From an uncultured Thermotogae bacterium (GTDB taxonomy: Bacteria; Bipolaricaulota; Bipolaricaulia; UBA7950; UBA9294), in NCBI GenBank assembly GCA_964528085.1, contig CAZGRE010000006.1, positions 1 to 47,843 of the forward strand: a stretch of DNA of 47,843 nucleotides, written 5' to 3'. Below the pieces are notes generated by a model. The model was not told where the DNA came from and searched no databases. It saw only the letters and a list, made by a program, of their open reading frames with translations. This document shows, one piece after another, positions 9,322 through 18,001 of this stretch (position 1 is the first letter of the stretch; each line of letters starts with the position of its first letter). The position numbers and the translations under genes were made by a program.

Positions 9322-9660
9322 ATGATCGAGGCCGATCCGGCGGGGAGCCTCCTTCTACTGATGGAGGAGTTCTTCTCCCGGAGGGGAGGGAACCGGCCGA
9401 TCCTCGTCCGCAACGGGGATGAGGTCACCCTGACGACGAGAAACGCGGCCTTCTGCCCGTCACCGATCGCCCAGCGTGAGAGCGGCGTCCAGCCCAAGGA
9501 CATATGCAACATCCACAAGCGCGCGTTCATGGACGGTTTCTCCCGAATGATCGCGGCCCTCTCCCCAACGGTGCAGATCCAGTACACGAACGCCTCATCG
9601 CGGAGCATCGACCCGGACGCCGACTGCATCGAGCTCTTCCGCGTCCTCACCCCGGCTTAG
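9322..9660 (+). CDS. Cys-rich small protein, ATC-hydrolase-like (tentative); possible frameshifted 5' extension in 9132-9245
   Basis: ATG-initiated 112-aa ORF with conserved-looking Cys motifs (AAFCPSP, KDICNIHKRAFMDGF, DADCIELF). The same frame is open upstream back to a stop at 9196-9198 but contains no start codon. The frame-0 ORF beginning at GTG 9132 (MLKDDNQSCEVRLEEYLDIKRMIDQFGKTAYRAVRDY) then degenerates into Arg/Gly/Pro-rich sequence, which suggests a frameshift near TATTTATTA at 9240-9250. Confidence 0.4.
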   Translation: MIEADPAGSLLLLMEEFFSRRGGNRPILVRNGDEVTLTTRNAAFCPSPIAQRESGVQPKDICNIHKRAFMDGFSRMIAALSPTVQIQYTNASSRSIDPDADCIELFRVLTPA

Positions 9661-11450
9661 CCGCCGACCCGGTAGATCGCAACCTCTTCTGAACGCCCCT
9701 TGAGCGCCCTGCGGGGGAGCCTGATCGCCTCGATCTCATCCCGCAGGAGATTGTACGTCCCTTCTGTGATCAGGATCTCACCCGCCTTGGCGATCCCCTG
9801 GAGGCGGGAGGCGACGTTCACGCTGTCGCCGATCACCGTGTAGTCCATCATCCTCTCTGAGCCGACGTTCCCGACGATCACCTCGCCGGAGCTGATCCCG
9901 ATCCCGAGCCCGATCCTGCGGAGGGTATCATCCCGTGGATCATCGACCAGGCGCGAGAACTCGACCTGCATCTCCCGCGCCGCAGCGATCGCCCGACGGG
10001 CCGCGTCGGCGCGGGTCTCTCCCACCTCGAAGAATGCGAGGAGCCCATCGCCGAGGAACTTGTCGAGGATCCCGCCGTTCCTCAGGACAGCGTCGACCAA
10101 TCGGGGGAGGATCCGGTTCAACGTCTCCATCACCGTCCGGGCGTCGTGCTCCTCGGCAAAGCCGGTGAACCCGCGGACGTCGGCGAACAGGACGGAGACA
10201 TGGCACGCCTCGCCACCGAGGCCCATATGCCGGGATGGATCGGCCAGGATCCGCACGGTTATCTCATCGGGGAGGTAATGGCTCAACGTCGACGAGAGCC
10301 GCTCGTTGTGCTCGCTCAACTCCACCCCGGCGCGGCTGTTCCGTATCCCCCGCCGAACGAGGAAGAACGCACCGATCCCAACCCCAATGAAGGCAAGCCC
10401 GTCGAATATGAGGAGCGATCCGAGTCCGGCACCCCGGGCCTCGGCCATTATCCCGGCTGGAAGCCGGGAGACGATCTTCCAACCGTACGAGCCCCCCGGA
10501 GGATCCAATTGAGGGTCGCTCAAACCGGTGAGTTCACAGGTCGCCTCCCCTACCTCCTGCAATGGATAGACCGTCGCGTAGCTGAACAGCCCGTTTTCGG
10601 TCTCAAACTGCCCCGCTTCAGAAGAGCCGATCCTAGCCCATTCCGCCGGGTAGAGGTTCCCAAACCGTTCATCCTCCCTCCCTGGGAGGATGAACCCCCA
10701 CTCACGGCTACGATCCGCCCCCTGCAGCCAGTACCCATCGCCGTTTAGGAGCGAAACGACCGCTCCTTCGGAGCTCCGGACCCGGTCGAATCCGCGGAGA
10801 AGCTCATCTCCGCGCAGGTTGAGGACGATGATCCCCCCGTCCTTCCCCTCTCCGGATGGGACGTAGACGGCGAATCGGACGAGCGGTTTCAACGGCCGCT
10901 CGACCTCGCCGCCTTCGATGTTTAAATCGAACGGCGATACGTACACCATCCCAGGAGCGCAGGCGAGGGCTTCCCGAACGTAATATCTATCACTTTTGTC
11001 CTGCAAGCGTGCGGAGGGGACGGCGATGGCTTCGCCGGCATTATAGTCGACGCGGACGAGTTCCATCCCATCCTCGCTCAGCAGCCTGAGCTGGTCGTAT
11101 ACCATCCGCCTTCGCATAAACGAGATAAACTCCCACGTCAACCCCTCCCGGACCTGATCGACCGGCTCAGACAGATATCCCCTCACCTCATTCAGCTCGG
11201 AGAGGTAGAGGATGTCGGAGACAGCCGTTCGAAAGGCGCCGGATAGGCTGCTTTTCCGCATCTGGACGTTGTGAACCTCAGCCTCCCCGATCAGGCGTTC
11301 GCGGCGGGCGATCGTATTCAGGCGGACCGCATAGGAAACCCCACCGATGAGGATCGCAGATAAAAGGAGGGCTGCGCCGAACCGCTTGAGAAGCTCCCTC
11401 CTCCACCCTTCCCCGTCCAATCGCTCACCCCCTTCGTGTAACTGAGTCAA
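9657..11450 (-). CDS. class III adenylate/guanylate cyclase with N-terminal TM, extracytoplasmic sensor domain and second TM
   Basis: 597 aa. A TM helix near the N-terminus, a periplasmic domain of about 300 aa, a second TM (LGSLLIFDGLAFIGVGIGAFFLV), then the cyclase catalytic domain (VSVLFADVRGFTGF...FLGDGLLAFF...GISSGEVIVGNVGS...DYTVIGDSVNVASRL). Confidence 0.85.
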   Translation of the reverse strand: MTQLHEGGERLDGEGWRRELLKRFGAALLLSAILIGGVSYAVRLNTIARRERLIGEAEVHNVQMRKSSLSGAFRTAVSDILYLSELNEVRGYLSEPVDQVREGLTWEFISFMRRRMVYDQLRLLSEDGMELVRVDYNAGEAIAVPSARLQDKSDRYYVREALACAPGMVYVSPFDLNIEGGEVERPLKPLVRFAVYVPSGEGKDGGIIVLNLRGDELLRGFDRVRSSEGAVVSLLNGDGYWLQGADRSREWGFILPGREDERFGNLYPAEWARIGSSEAGQFETENGLFSYATVYPLQEVGEATCELTGLSDPQLDPPGGSYGWKIVSRLPAGIMAEARGAGLGSLLIFDGLAFIGVGIGAFFLVRRGIRNSRAGVELSEHNERLSSTLSHYLPDEITVRILADPSRHMGLGGEACHVSVLFADVRGFTGFAEEHDARTVMETLNRILPRLVDAVLRNGGILDKFLGDGLLAFFEVGETRADAARRAIAAAREMQVEFSRLVDDPRDDTLRRIGLGIGISSGEVIVGNVGSERMMDYTVIGDSVNVASRLQGIAKAGEILITEGTYNLLRDEIEAIRLPRRALKGRSEEVAIYRVGG

Positions 11451-11531
11451 GCCTATAGAAGACCATTGAAGAATTGTAGGGGTTCTGCTGGAGATTAGGT
11501 GAGCATCGACCCGGATCTAGAATAGGGGGCT

Positions 11532-12347
11532 TCAACGCTCGCGCCGGCGTTTCGGCGACATCGCGGTCGAGATGAGAAACAGGCCGGCCGCACAGAGGGC
11601 GATCGCCGAGCCGATCGGAAGATCGGCCCACAGGGAGAAGAGGAACCCAAAGAGTGCCGATCCACCGCCGATGAGCGGGGCGATGAGAAAGACCTTCTTG
11701 ATGTCATAGGCCCACTGAAACGCGCTCGTCGCCGGGAGGACCATGAGGGCATAGATCAACAACCCTCCGGTTATCCGGAGCGAAACCGAGACTACAACCG
11801 CAACGAGGACGAGGATCCCGTAGTAGTAGCCGCGCGCGTTCAGACCGGAGGCGATGGCGAGCCTCCGATCCAACAGGAGCGCGAAGAACCCCTTCCAGAA
11901 ACCGATAAAGACGAGAATGATGAGAAGGGCGACGATGGCGAGGATCCACACCTCCTCCATCGTCATCCCAAGGACGCTCCCCCAGAGGAGGGAGAGGGCA
12001 CCGCTTCCGATCCCGCCGCTCGGGGTCTTGGTCAGGAAGACGAACCCGAGCGCCATCGCCACGGGAAAGAGGGCACCGAGGACAGCGTCCGTGTTCATCC
12101 GGGATATGTCGGCGAGCGGACCGAGGAGGAGGGAGACGAGGAGGGAGAACGCGATCGCCGTCCACAGCGGCTCGAGGGAGAGCATCATCCCGAGGGCCGC
12201 CCCGGCGAACGCGGCATGCGATATCGCGAACCCGAGCGAGGAGAGCTTCATCCGAACGACGAACACCCCGATCGAACCGCAGATGAGACCGGCGAGGATC
12301 GATCCGATCAACGTGGGAAGAACGATGTGCCACGGAAGCCCGAACAT
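11532..12347 (-). CDS. ABC-3 family metal ABC transporter permease (ZnuB/TroC/MntB-like)
   Basis: 271 aa with 8-9 predicted TM helices and composition typical of cluster A-I metal transporter permeases. Terminal gene of the nikR-linked operon. Confidence 0.85.
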   Translation of the reverse strand: MFGLPWHIVLPTLIGSILAGLICGSIGVFVVRMKLSSLGFAISHAAFAGAALGMMLSLEPLWTAIAFSLLVSLLLGPLADISRMNTDAVLGALFPVAMALGFVFLTKTPSGGIGSGALSLLWGSVLGMTMEEVWILAIVALLIILVFIGFWKGFFALLLDRRLAIASGLNARGYYYGILVLVAVVVSVSLRITGGLLIYALMVLPATSAFQWAYDIKKVFLIAPLIGGGSALFGFLFSLWADLPIGSAIALCAAGLFLISTAMSPKRRRER

Positions 12348-13054
12348 CAGCCTGATCCCCCCTTCCCGGCCGGCCGGTCCGATACGATCCGGCCTTCCAC
12401 GATGGTGACGATCCTCCCGGCGCGGTCGCGGAGGTATCCCGCCTCGTGGCTGACGACGAGAGCGGTTGAGGAGAGCTCATCCTTGAGGGAGACGACAAGG
12501 TGTTCAATATCCGCTTTCGCCTCCGGATCGAGGTTCGCCGTCGGCTCATCGAGGAGGAGGAGGCGGGCGCGTTGAGCGAGGGCACGGGCGAGGAGGGCCT
12601 TCCGCTGCTGTCCACCGGAGATCCGGCCGATCGGACGACGGGAGAGGGGTGCCAGGCCGACCGCAGCGAGGGCCTCGGCGAGGGCCTCGCGGTCGGCCCG
12701 ACGGACGAACCTGAACGGGGGCAACCCCCCGAATCTCGCCATCAACACGACGTCCCGGACGAGATACGGGGTCGACGGGGGGAAGAAGAGGTCCTGGGGA
12801 ACGTAGCCGATCGACCGTCTTAACCGGTGCGCATCCGGCCCCATCTCTTCCCCGAAGACACGGACATCCCCACGCACCACAGGGAGGAGGCCGTCGATAA
12901 CGTCGAGGAGGGTCGTCTTCCCCGCCCCGTTCGGCCCGACGATCGCCAGGAGCTCCCCCTCTCTCACCGAAAGGTCGATATCCCTCAGGGTCGCTGCGCG
13001 CTCCCCTTCGTAAGCGGCCTCGACCCGGCTTAATCGGATGACGGGCCGGTCCAC
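12347..13054 (-). CDS. metal ABC transporter ATP-binding protein (ZnuC/TroB-like)
   Basis: Walker A GPNGAGKTT, signature LSGGQQRK, Walker B LLLLDEP. The GTG start at 13054 (with GGAG upstream) was chosen over the ORF-track start at 13240, which would overlap the FwdE gene by about 210 nt. Start uncertain. Confidence 0.8.
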   Translation of the reverse strand: MDRPVIRLSRVEAAYEGERAATLRDIDLSVREGELLAIVGPNGAGKTTLLDVIDGLLPVVRGDVRVFGEEMGPDAHRLRRSIGYVPQDLFFPPSTPYLVRDVVLMARFGGLPPFRFVRRADREALAEALAAVGLAPLSRRPIGRISGGQQRKALLARALAQRARLLLLDEPTANLDPEAKADIEHLVVSLKDELSSTALVVSHEAGYLRDRAGRIVTIVEGRIVSDRPAGKGGSG

Positions 13055-13470
13055 GCGAAGAGCTCCGTCAAGGGTAGAGACCTCGCCCTCTCTGACTCGG
13101 CTTCGATCTCCCCTTCTCTGAACATTCGGAGGACCTCGCCACGAAGCTCGATCGAGACGCGCCTTCCATCGTCGGTCGTGAACCTGACGCGGGGGATCCC
13201 CGAGTCGATCACGCGGAGGTTCCCCTTGCCGATCGTGCACCCCGACCCGATCTGGATCCCGTCGGAGAAGCAGGAGACAGGGGGCTCCCCCCCTGTCTCC
13301 GACTCGGCGCGGATTCCGAAGTAGCCGGGATGATCAAGGAGCTTGAGGCCGAGGAGGCCAGCGCGGATCCCAGCGATCAGGAACGGGCCGGTATGCCCGT
13401 GGAGGAGGACGCCCCGATCGATGAAATCGCCCAAGTCCGCCCGATCCGCCTCGATGCGAAGCTTTTTCAT
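13030..13470 (-). CDS. FwdE/FmdE-domain protein (variant lacking the canonical Cys ligands)
   Basis: ATG 13470 lies 1 nt after the SBP stop. It carries the FwdE signature region LHGHTGPFLIAGIRAG (canonical form is HGHxCPG), followed by an alpha/beta domain. No C-terminal CxxC zinc ribbon. Confidence 0.6.
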   Translation of the reverse strand: MKKLRIEADRADLGDFIDRGVLLHGHTGPFLIAGIRAGLLGLKLLDHPGYFGIRAESETGGEPPVSCFSDGIQIGSGCTIGKGNLRVIDSGIPRVRFTTDDGRRVSIELRGEVLRMFREGEIEAESERARSLPLTELFAWTGPSSD

Positions 13471-13471
13471 T

Positions 13472-14284
13472 TCACTCTTCGGCCGGTTCGATCGCCGAGA
13501 AGAGGGCCTCAGCGTTGTGGGAGAAAAGATCGATGAGGCTCGCCGTCCCTGGGGGAAAGCCGGGGAAGTTGGAGAGGACAACGTGAACCGCGCCGATCTC
13601 CTCCGCGAGCTTCTTCCCGAAATCGATGCCGCTCTGCCAGTTATCGATCACAAGGATGGCACCGCCCTCCCGCCCCGCATCCGCGAGTTCGACGAGGTCG
13701 CGCATCGAGAGCCCCTCCGGCATCGGATAAGTCGCCACGACATCGAACCCGAGCCAGGAGACGAAACCGACCTGCCACTCCATACAGACGACCGGAACCC
13801 CCTCGACGCCGCGGTCGGTCGCCTCATTACGAAGGGATTCGGCAAGAGCAGCGAGCCTCGCCTCATAGTCGGCGGCGTTAGCCCGGAAGGTATCCGCCTT
13901 ATCCGGGAAGCGGGCGGCGAGAGCAGCGGCGATCGCATCCGCCTTCGCCGCTGCCGCCTCGGGGGTGTTCCACGGTCCGGGAAGAGAGACGGCGATCCCT
14001 TCGTTCCCGACGGCGGAGAGGAGGGTGTCGACCCACGCCTCAAACCCGGAGTAGAAGACGAGATCGGCCCCTGCAAACGCTGCTATGTCGCTCGGGCAAA
14101 GGTCGTAGTGCGCCGGACAGAACCCGGGCGGGATGATCGTCACAACCTCGATTAATCCATCCCCTATCTCTCCGGCAATCTCTCCGAAGACCGCATGCGT
14201 GGCAACGACGATCGGCTCCGCCGCGGCGATGACCGCAACGAAGGTAGTGAGGAGTACAGCGATAAGGAAGATCCGCTTCAACAT
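13472..14284 (-). CDS. metal ABC transporter substrate-binding protein (cluster A-I, ZnuA/TroA/PsaA-like)
   Basis: Signal peptide (MLKRIFLIAVLLTTFVAVIAAA), then a metal-binding region GFCPAHYDLCPSD matching the (D)PHxWLxP site of TroA-family SBPs. Length about 270 aa. Confidence 0.82.
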   Translation of the reverse strand: MLKRIFLIAVLLTTFVAVIAAAEPIVVATHAVFGEIAGEIGDGLIEVVTIIPPGFCPAHYDLCPSDIAAFAGADLVFYSGFEAWVDTLLSAVGNEGIAVSLPGPWNTPEAAAAKADAIAAALAARFPDKADTFRANAADYEARLAALAESLRNEATDRGVEGVPVVCMEWQVGFVSWLGFDVVATYPMPEGLSMRDLVELADAGREGGAILVIDNWQSGIDFGKKLAEEIGAVHVVLSNFPGFPPGTASLIDLFSHNAEALFSAIEPAEE

Positions 14285-14297
14285 CTTCTTCTCCTTT

Positions 14298-14714
14298 CTA
14301 AACGATTCTCTCTCCGGTTGAGGTGGCCGTCAGCCCGCCGTGTTTCACCCCTTTTAAGCTGATCAACCGGTCGGCGAGAGCGCGGATCCCCCCGGCGTCC
14401 CCCCGGACAGCGATAAGCTCAAGGCAGTTGTCCCCGTCAAGGTGGATGTGGGTCGTGGCGATCACATACGGAAGGGCATGATGCTGGAGATCGGTGATCC
14501 TCTCCGCCAGGCCGGGACGGTGATGGTCGTAGAGGAGGGTGATCACACCGGCGACCTGTTCGTCGTCCGCCCATTCCTGCAGCACCAGCTGCTGCCGGAT
14601 CGCATCGCGGATCGCCTCAGAGCGGTTCTCGTACCCGCGCTTCCGCCAGAGGGCATCGAACCCCTCGATCAGCCGCTCATCGATCGACACGCTGAACCTG
14701 ACGAGTCTCCCCAT
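14298..14714 (-). CDS. nikR: nickel-responsive transcriptional regulator NikR (RHH + ACT-like metal-binding domain)
   Basis: 138 aa. N-terminal ribbon-helix-helix VRFSVSIDERLIEGFDALWRKRGYENRSEAIRDAIR and C-terminal domain with HHRPGLAERITDLQHHALPYVIATTHIHLDGDNCLELIAVRGD, closely resembling E. coli NikR. Confidence 0.88.
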   Translation of the reverse strand: MGRLVRFSVSIDERLIEGFDALWRKRGYENRSEAIRDAIRQQLVLQEWADDEQVAGVITLLYDHHRPGLAERITDLQHHALPYVIATTHIHLDGDNCLELIAVRGDAGGIRALADRLISLKGVKHGGLTATSTGERIV

Positions 14715-14824
14715 GGTAACACTTCCTCTTAATTTCGTAACACCGCGATAGTTTACCGATATTCATCCGCTTCGCAAGCTCCCTCTTTCCCCGGCGGGAG
14801 GAACCGGATATAGTCTCAGTCGGC

Positions 14825-15610
14825 ATGAAACCGTTCCTCGTCGAGAAACCGCTTATCGGGATGATCCATCTCAGGCCGCTCGCCGGGAGCGTCGGCTACC
14901 GGAAGCAGGGGACCGGGCCGATCCTCGATCTGGCCCTCCGCGACCTGTACGCGCTCGAGACCGGAGGGATAGACGCCGTCATCGTGGAGAACCTGGGGGA
15001 CGCGCCGTACGCCAAGATGGCACCGCGGGAGACGATCGCGATGATGGCGGTCATCGTCCAGCGGCTCGTCGAGAAGACGACCCTCCCCGTGGGGGTGAAC
15101 GTCCTTAGGAACGACGGGCTCGCAGCGATGGCGATCGCCGCCGCGACCGGGGCATCGTTCATCCGGGTGAACGTCTTCACCGGGGTCGCGTTCACCGATC
15201 AGGGGATCATCGAGGGACAGGCACGCGATCTTAAGTGGCTGAAGCGCGACCTGGGGACGGAGACGGCGATCCTCGCCGACATCCACGTCAAGCACGCCGC
15301 CCACCTGACCGGTATCGAGGAGGCGGCGATCGACGCAGCGAGGAACAACCCGGACGGGTTGATCGTCTCGGGGATCGGGACCGGAAAGAGGACGCCGCCG
15401 GAGGATCTGCAGGTGGTGAAGGGGGCTGTGAATCTTCCCGTATTCGTCGGAAGTGGGGTTCGAATCGACAATCTCTCCACGTACCGTGACGCAGACGGGT
15501 TCATCGTCGGGACGGTCCTGAAGGAGAACGGAAAGATCGACGCCCCGATCGACGTCGATCGCGTCCGCGCACTGGCGGAGGGGGTCGCAACCTTGAGGAA
15601 GAAGGTCTAG
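14825..15610 (+). CDS. BtpA/SgcQ family TIM-barrel protein
   Basis: 261 aa, with LIGMIHLRPLAGS... and overall BtpA (photosystem I biogenesis-like) family similarity. Confidence 0.75.
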   Translation: MKPFLVEKPLIGMIHLRPLAGSVGYRKQGTGPILDLALRDLYALETGGIDAVIVENLGDAPYAKMAPRETIAMMAVIVQRLVEKTTLPVGVNVLRNDGLAAMAIAAATGASFIRVNVFTGVAFTDQGIIEGQARDLKWLKRDLGTETAILADIHVKHAAHLTGIEEAAIDAARNNPDGLIVSGIGTGKRTPPEDLQVVKGAVNLPVFVGSGVRIDNLSTYRDADGFIVGTVLKENGKIDAPIDVDRVRALAEGVATLRKKV

Positions 15611-15611
15611 G

Positions 15612-16571
15612 ATGGATGAAAAGACAGGGGTCCTGATCGCCATTGCCGTCGGCCTGATCATCGCCGCTACCCTCCTTTTCTTCGTCATCCCCGAACCGGG
15701 AAACCGCGCGGTGATCGCGACGGAGAAGCTCGACGTCGTCCTGTTCCCATTCAGGAACAGCTCAAGCTGGCCGGGGGCCGAGGAGACCCTCGCAAGCAGG
15801 ATCGAGGCGAGCCTTGTCGGAGCAGGGGGGGTGAACGTCTTCTCCCGTGCCCAACTCGACCGGCTTCTGATCGACAGAGCCGCGGGGGAAGGGATCGACC
15901 GGCCGACCGCAATTGAGATCGGCTCGCTCACCGGGGCGAACAAGCTGATCACAGGGACGGTCTATGCCGTCGACACCTACACCAGGGAGACGACGATCTG
16001 CGTCAAGTGGGAGGACGGAGACTGCGTCGAGGAGGGGCCGGCGACCGAGTACAAGATCTTCCTCGCCGCTCAGATCGAGATCGTAGACACAAAGACCGGT
16101 CTGATCGAACGGGTGATCGATCTGTCGGAGGCGGAGGCGAAGACGGTGGAATCGGAGATCCTGTTTAACGGATTCGATTCGATGATCGCAGACGCCGCAG
16201 GATCGATCGCCGACCGACTCGCATCCGGGCTGAGAACAGCCTACACGCGTGAGATCCGCTACGGGCTCTACGAGGGGATCGAGAGGAAGGGGCCGGGCTA
16301 CATCGGGAAGGGGAAGACGAGCAGGTTCCATGCCGGCGGGACCGTTCACCTGATCGTCCATTTCACGCGGATCAAGGACGGGGATACGTTCGATCTCTCC
16401 TTCTACGCCCCCGATGGTACGAGGGTGAAGACGGTGGAAGACGTCGTTTCCAAGGGGGATTGGCGCCATTACGAGCTCGAGCTCGAAGGGGTATCCCCAG
16501 GGCGCTACCAAGTCGAGGGGATCCTGGGCGGGATAGAGGCGTTCACCGAGGCGTTCACCGTCTCACCGTAG
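15612..16571 (+). CDS. membrane-anchored hypothetical protein with CsgG/LpoB-like N-domain and C-terminal beta-sandwich
   Basis: ATG 1 nt after the btpA stop. N-terminal TM, then VVLFPFRNSS...GANKLITGTVYAV resembling the CsgG/TolB-N-like fold. The C-terminal roughly 90 aa are Ig/beta-sandwich-like. Confidence 0.55.
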   Translation: MDEKTGVLIAIAVGLIIAATLLFFVIPEPGNRAVIATEKLDVVLFPFRNSSSWPGAEETLASRIEASLVGAGGVNVFSRAQLDRLLIDRAAGEGIDRPTAIEIGSLTGANKLITGTVYAVDTYTRETTICVKWEDGDCVEEGPATEYKIFLAAQIEIVDTKTGLIERVIDLSEAEAKTVESEILFNGFDSMIADAAGSIADRLASGLRTAYTREIRYGLYEGIERKGPGYIGKGKTSRFHAGGTVHLIVHFTRIKDGDTFDLSFYAPDGTRVKTVEDVVSKGDWRHYELELEGVSPGRYQVEGILGGIEAFTEAFTVSP

Positions 16572-16577
16572 GAGAGG

Positions 16578-17243
16578 ATGGAGACACTCCGGACCCTCGC
16601 CCTGATCATCGTAGTAGCCGCAATCGCGCTCGGGATCATCTTAATATCGCAGAATCGGGGTGGCTTACCGGATGCGTGGGAGGTGAACCTCGCCGATCCG
16701 ATCCTGATCGGAGATGCATCCGATCGATTCGCCTACGCCGGCGGGCCTTCAATCCTTCCGGTCGAGGGATCGGGAAAACTGAAGCTCACAGACGGCGAGG
16801 GCTCGATCGACCTCCGGTTCACTCCGCCCACCGATGGTTCAGAGTGGATCGGGCCGGTCACGATCCGTGCGTCGATCGGGACCCCTGGGACGATCGAGAT
16901 CGACGCGTTGATAAACGGCGAGACCGGCCGCGGCGAACCCCTCCTCCCTGAGACCTACGCATACGTCTTCGGGACGAGCCGGTTCACCATCCATTCAGGG
17001 ACGCAGGGAACCCGAAATGTGGAAGGTTTCTGGTCGCTCGCTCACGCTCTGAGAAGAGGGGACGGATCGATCAGGAACCAAGGGCTCATTTACTCCCCGC
17101 TTCTGCGCGATAAGAGTATATTCTCCGATCCGGAGAGGCTTGAGTTCACCCTGATCCTCTACGAGGAGGACGAGGTCATCCTCGATCTCGTCTACCGCTC
17201 GGTTGAAATCGCCCGCTTCCCCCCCTCAGAGGATCTCCCCTGA
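16578..17243 (+). CDS. membrane-anchored hypothetical protein
   Basis: RBS GGAGAGG then ATG 16578. N-terminal TM (LALIIVVAAIALGIILI) followed by a roughly 190-aa extracytoplasmic domain. No family recognised. Confidence 0.5.
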   Translation: METLRTLALIIVVAAIALGIILISQNRGGLPDAWEVNLADPILIGDASDRFAYAGGPSILPVEGSGKLKLTDGEGSIDLRFTPPTDGSEWIGPVTIRASIGTPGTIEIDALINGETGRGEPLLPETYAYVFGTSRFTIHSGTQGTRNVEGFWSLAHALRRGDGSIRNQGLIYSPLLRDKSIFSDPERLEFTLILYEEDEVILDLVYRSVEIARFPPSEDLP

Positions 17244-17248
17244 GCGGT

Positions 17249-17992
17249 TCAGTTTCCCTCCTCGGATCGCGTCTCCGGTCTCCGCGGTCGGGGACGGAGG
17301 ACGATCGACGCGAAGCTCCGCCTCTGTCCGAACAGATCGGAAGCCCGCCCTAACCCCTCACCCGTTCCGACGAGGAGGACCCGATCCCCTGGGAGGAGGC
17401 GATCACGGCCGGATGGGAAGAGGAGACGGGGATCCCCCTTCCGCATCAGCCCGGCGACGACGCATCCGTGCGGGAAACGCCGGTCGGCACGGACCTCTTC
17501 GAGCGGACGGTTGCATACGTCCGCACCATCGGCGACGGTGACCCAGACGATCGCCCCCTGCCCATCCGCTATCGCCGCCACCTGATGGACGGGTGGGCGC
17601 TCGATCTCGAACACGAGCCGATCGATGAACATCCCCGCGACATCGAGGATCGTCGTCACCCCGGCCCGCTCGTACGCAGCCCTGTACTTCGGATTCGGCA
17701 TCCTGGCGATGATCCGCTCCACCCCCGCCCCACGCGCCAGAAGGGAGAAGGCGAGGTTGTCCGCGCTCGCGCGCATCAGCCCGACGGCGACGTCGATCCG
17801 GGAGATCTCCGCCTCCTCGAGAATCGTGATATCGGTCGCATTCCCCTGGATCGCGACGACCCCGAACTCAGAACTGATCGCCTCGCAGACGTCGCGGTCG
17901 AGATCGATGACCACGATCTCATTCCTCCCGCTTGCAAGCTCCTCGACCAGCCGCCTCCCAGTGATACCAGCCCCAGCAATCAGGATTCTCAT
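17249..17992 (-). CDS. trkA: potassium transporter peripheral subunit TrkA (RCK_N + RCK_C)
   Basis: MRILIAGAGITGRRL Rossmann GxGxxG motif and a C-terminal RCK_C domain. ATG 17992 with GGAGGT 11 nt upstream; GTG 18001 is an alternative start. Confidence 0.85.
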   Translation of the reverse strand: MRILIAGAGITGRRLVEELASGRNEIVVIDLDRDVCEAISSEFGVVAIQGNATDITILEEAEISRIDVAVGLMRASADNLAFSLLARGAGVERIIARMPNPKYRAAYERAGVTTILDVAGMFIDRLVFEIERPPVHQVAAIADGQGAIVWVTVADGADVCNRPLEEVRADRRFPHGCVVAGLMRKGDPRLLFPSGRDRLLPGDRVLLVGTGEGLGRASDLFGQRRSFASIVLRPRPRRPETRSEEGN

Positions 17993-18001
17993 CGAGCCCA
18001 C

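Noticed and set aside
11704-12615. 303-aa minus-strand ORF in an alternative frame over the ABC permease/ATPase genes
   Set aside because: Arg/Ser/Pro-rich and overlapping two genes with clear ABC transporter motifs in the other frame.
13055-13240. Long N-terminal extension of the ABC ATPase
   Set aside because: It overlaps the FwdE gene by about 210 nt and is Arg/Pro/Asp-rich. An internal GTG at 13054 with GGAG upstream gives a normal-length ATPase.
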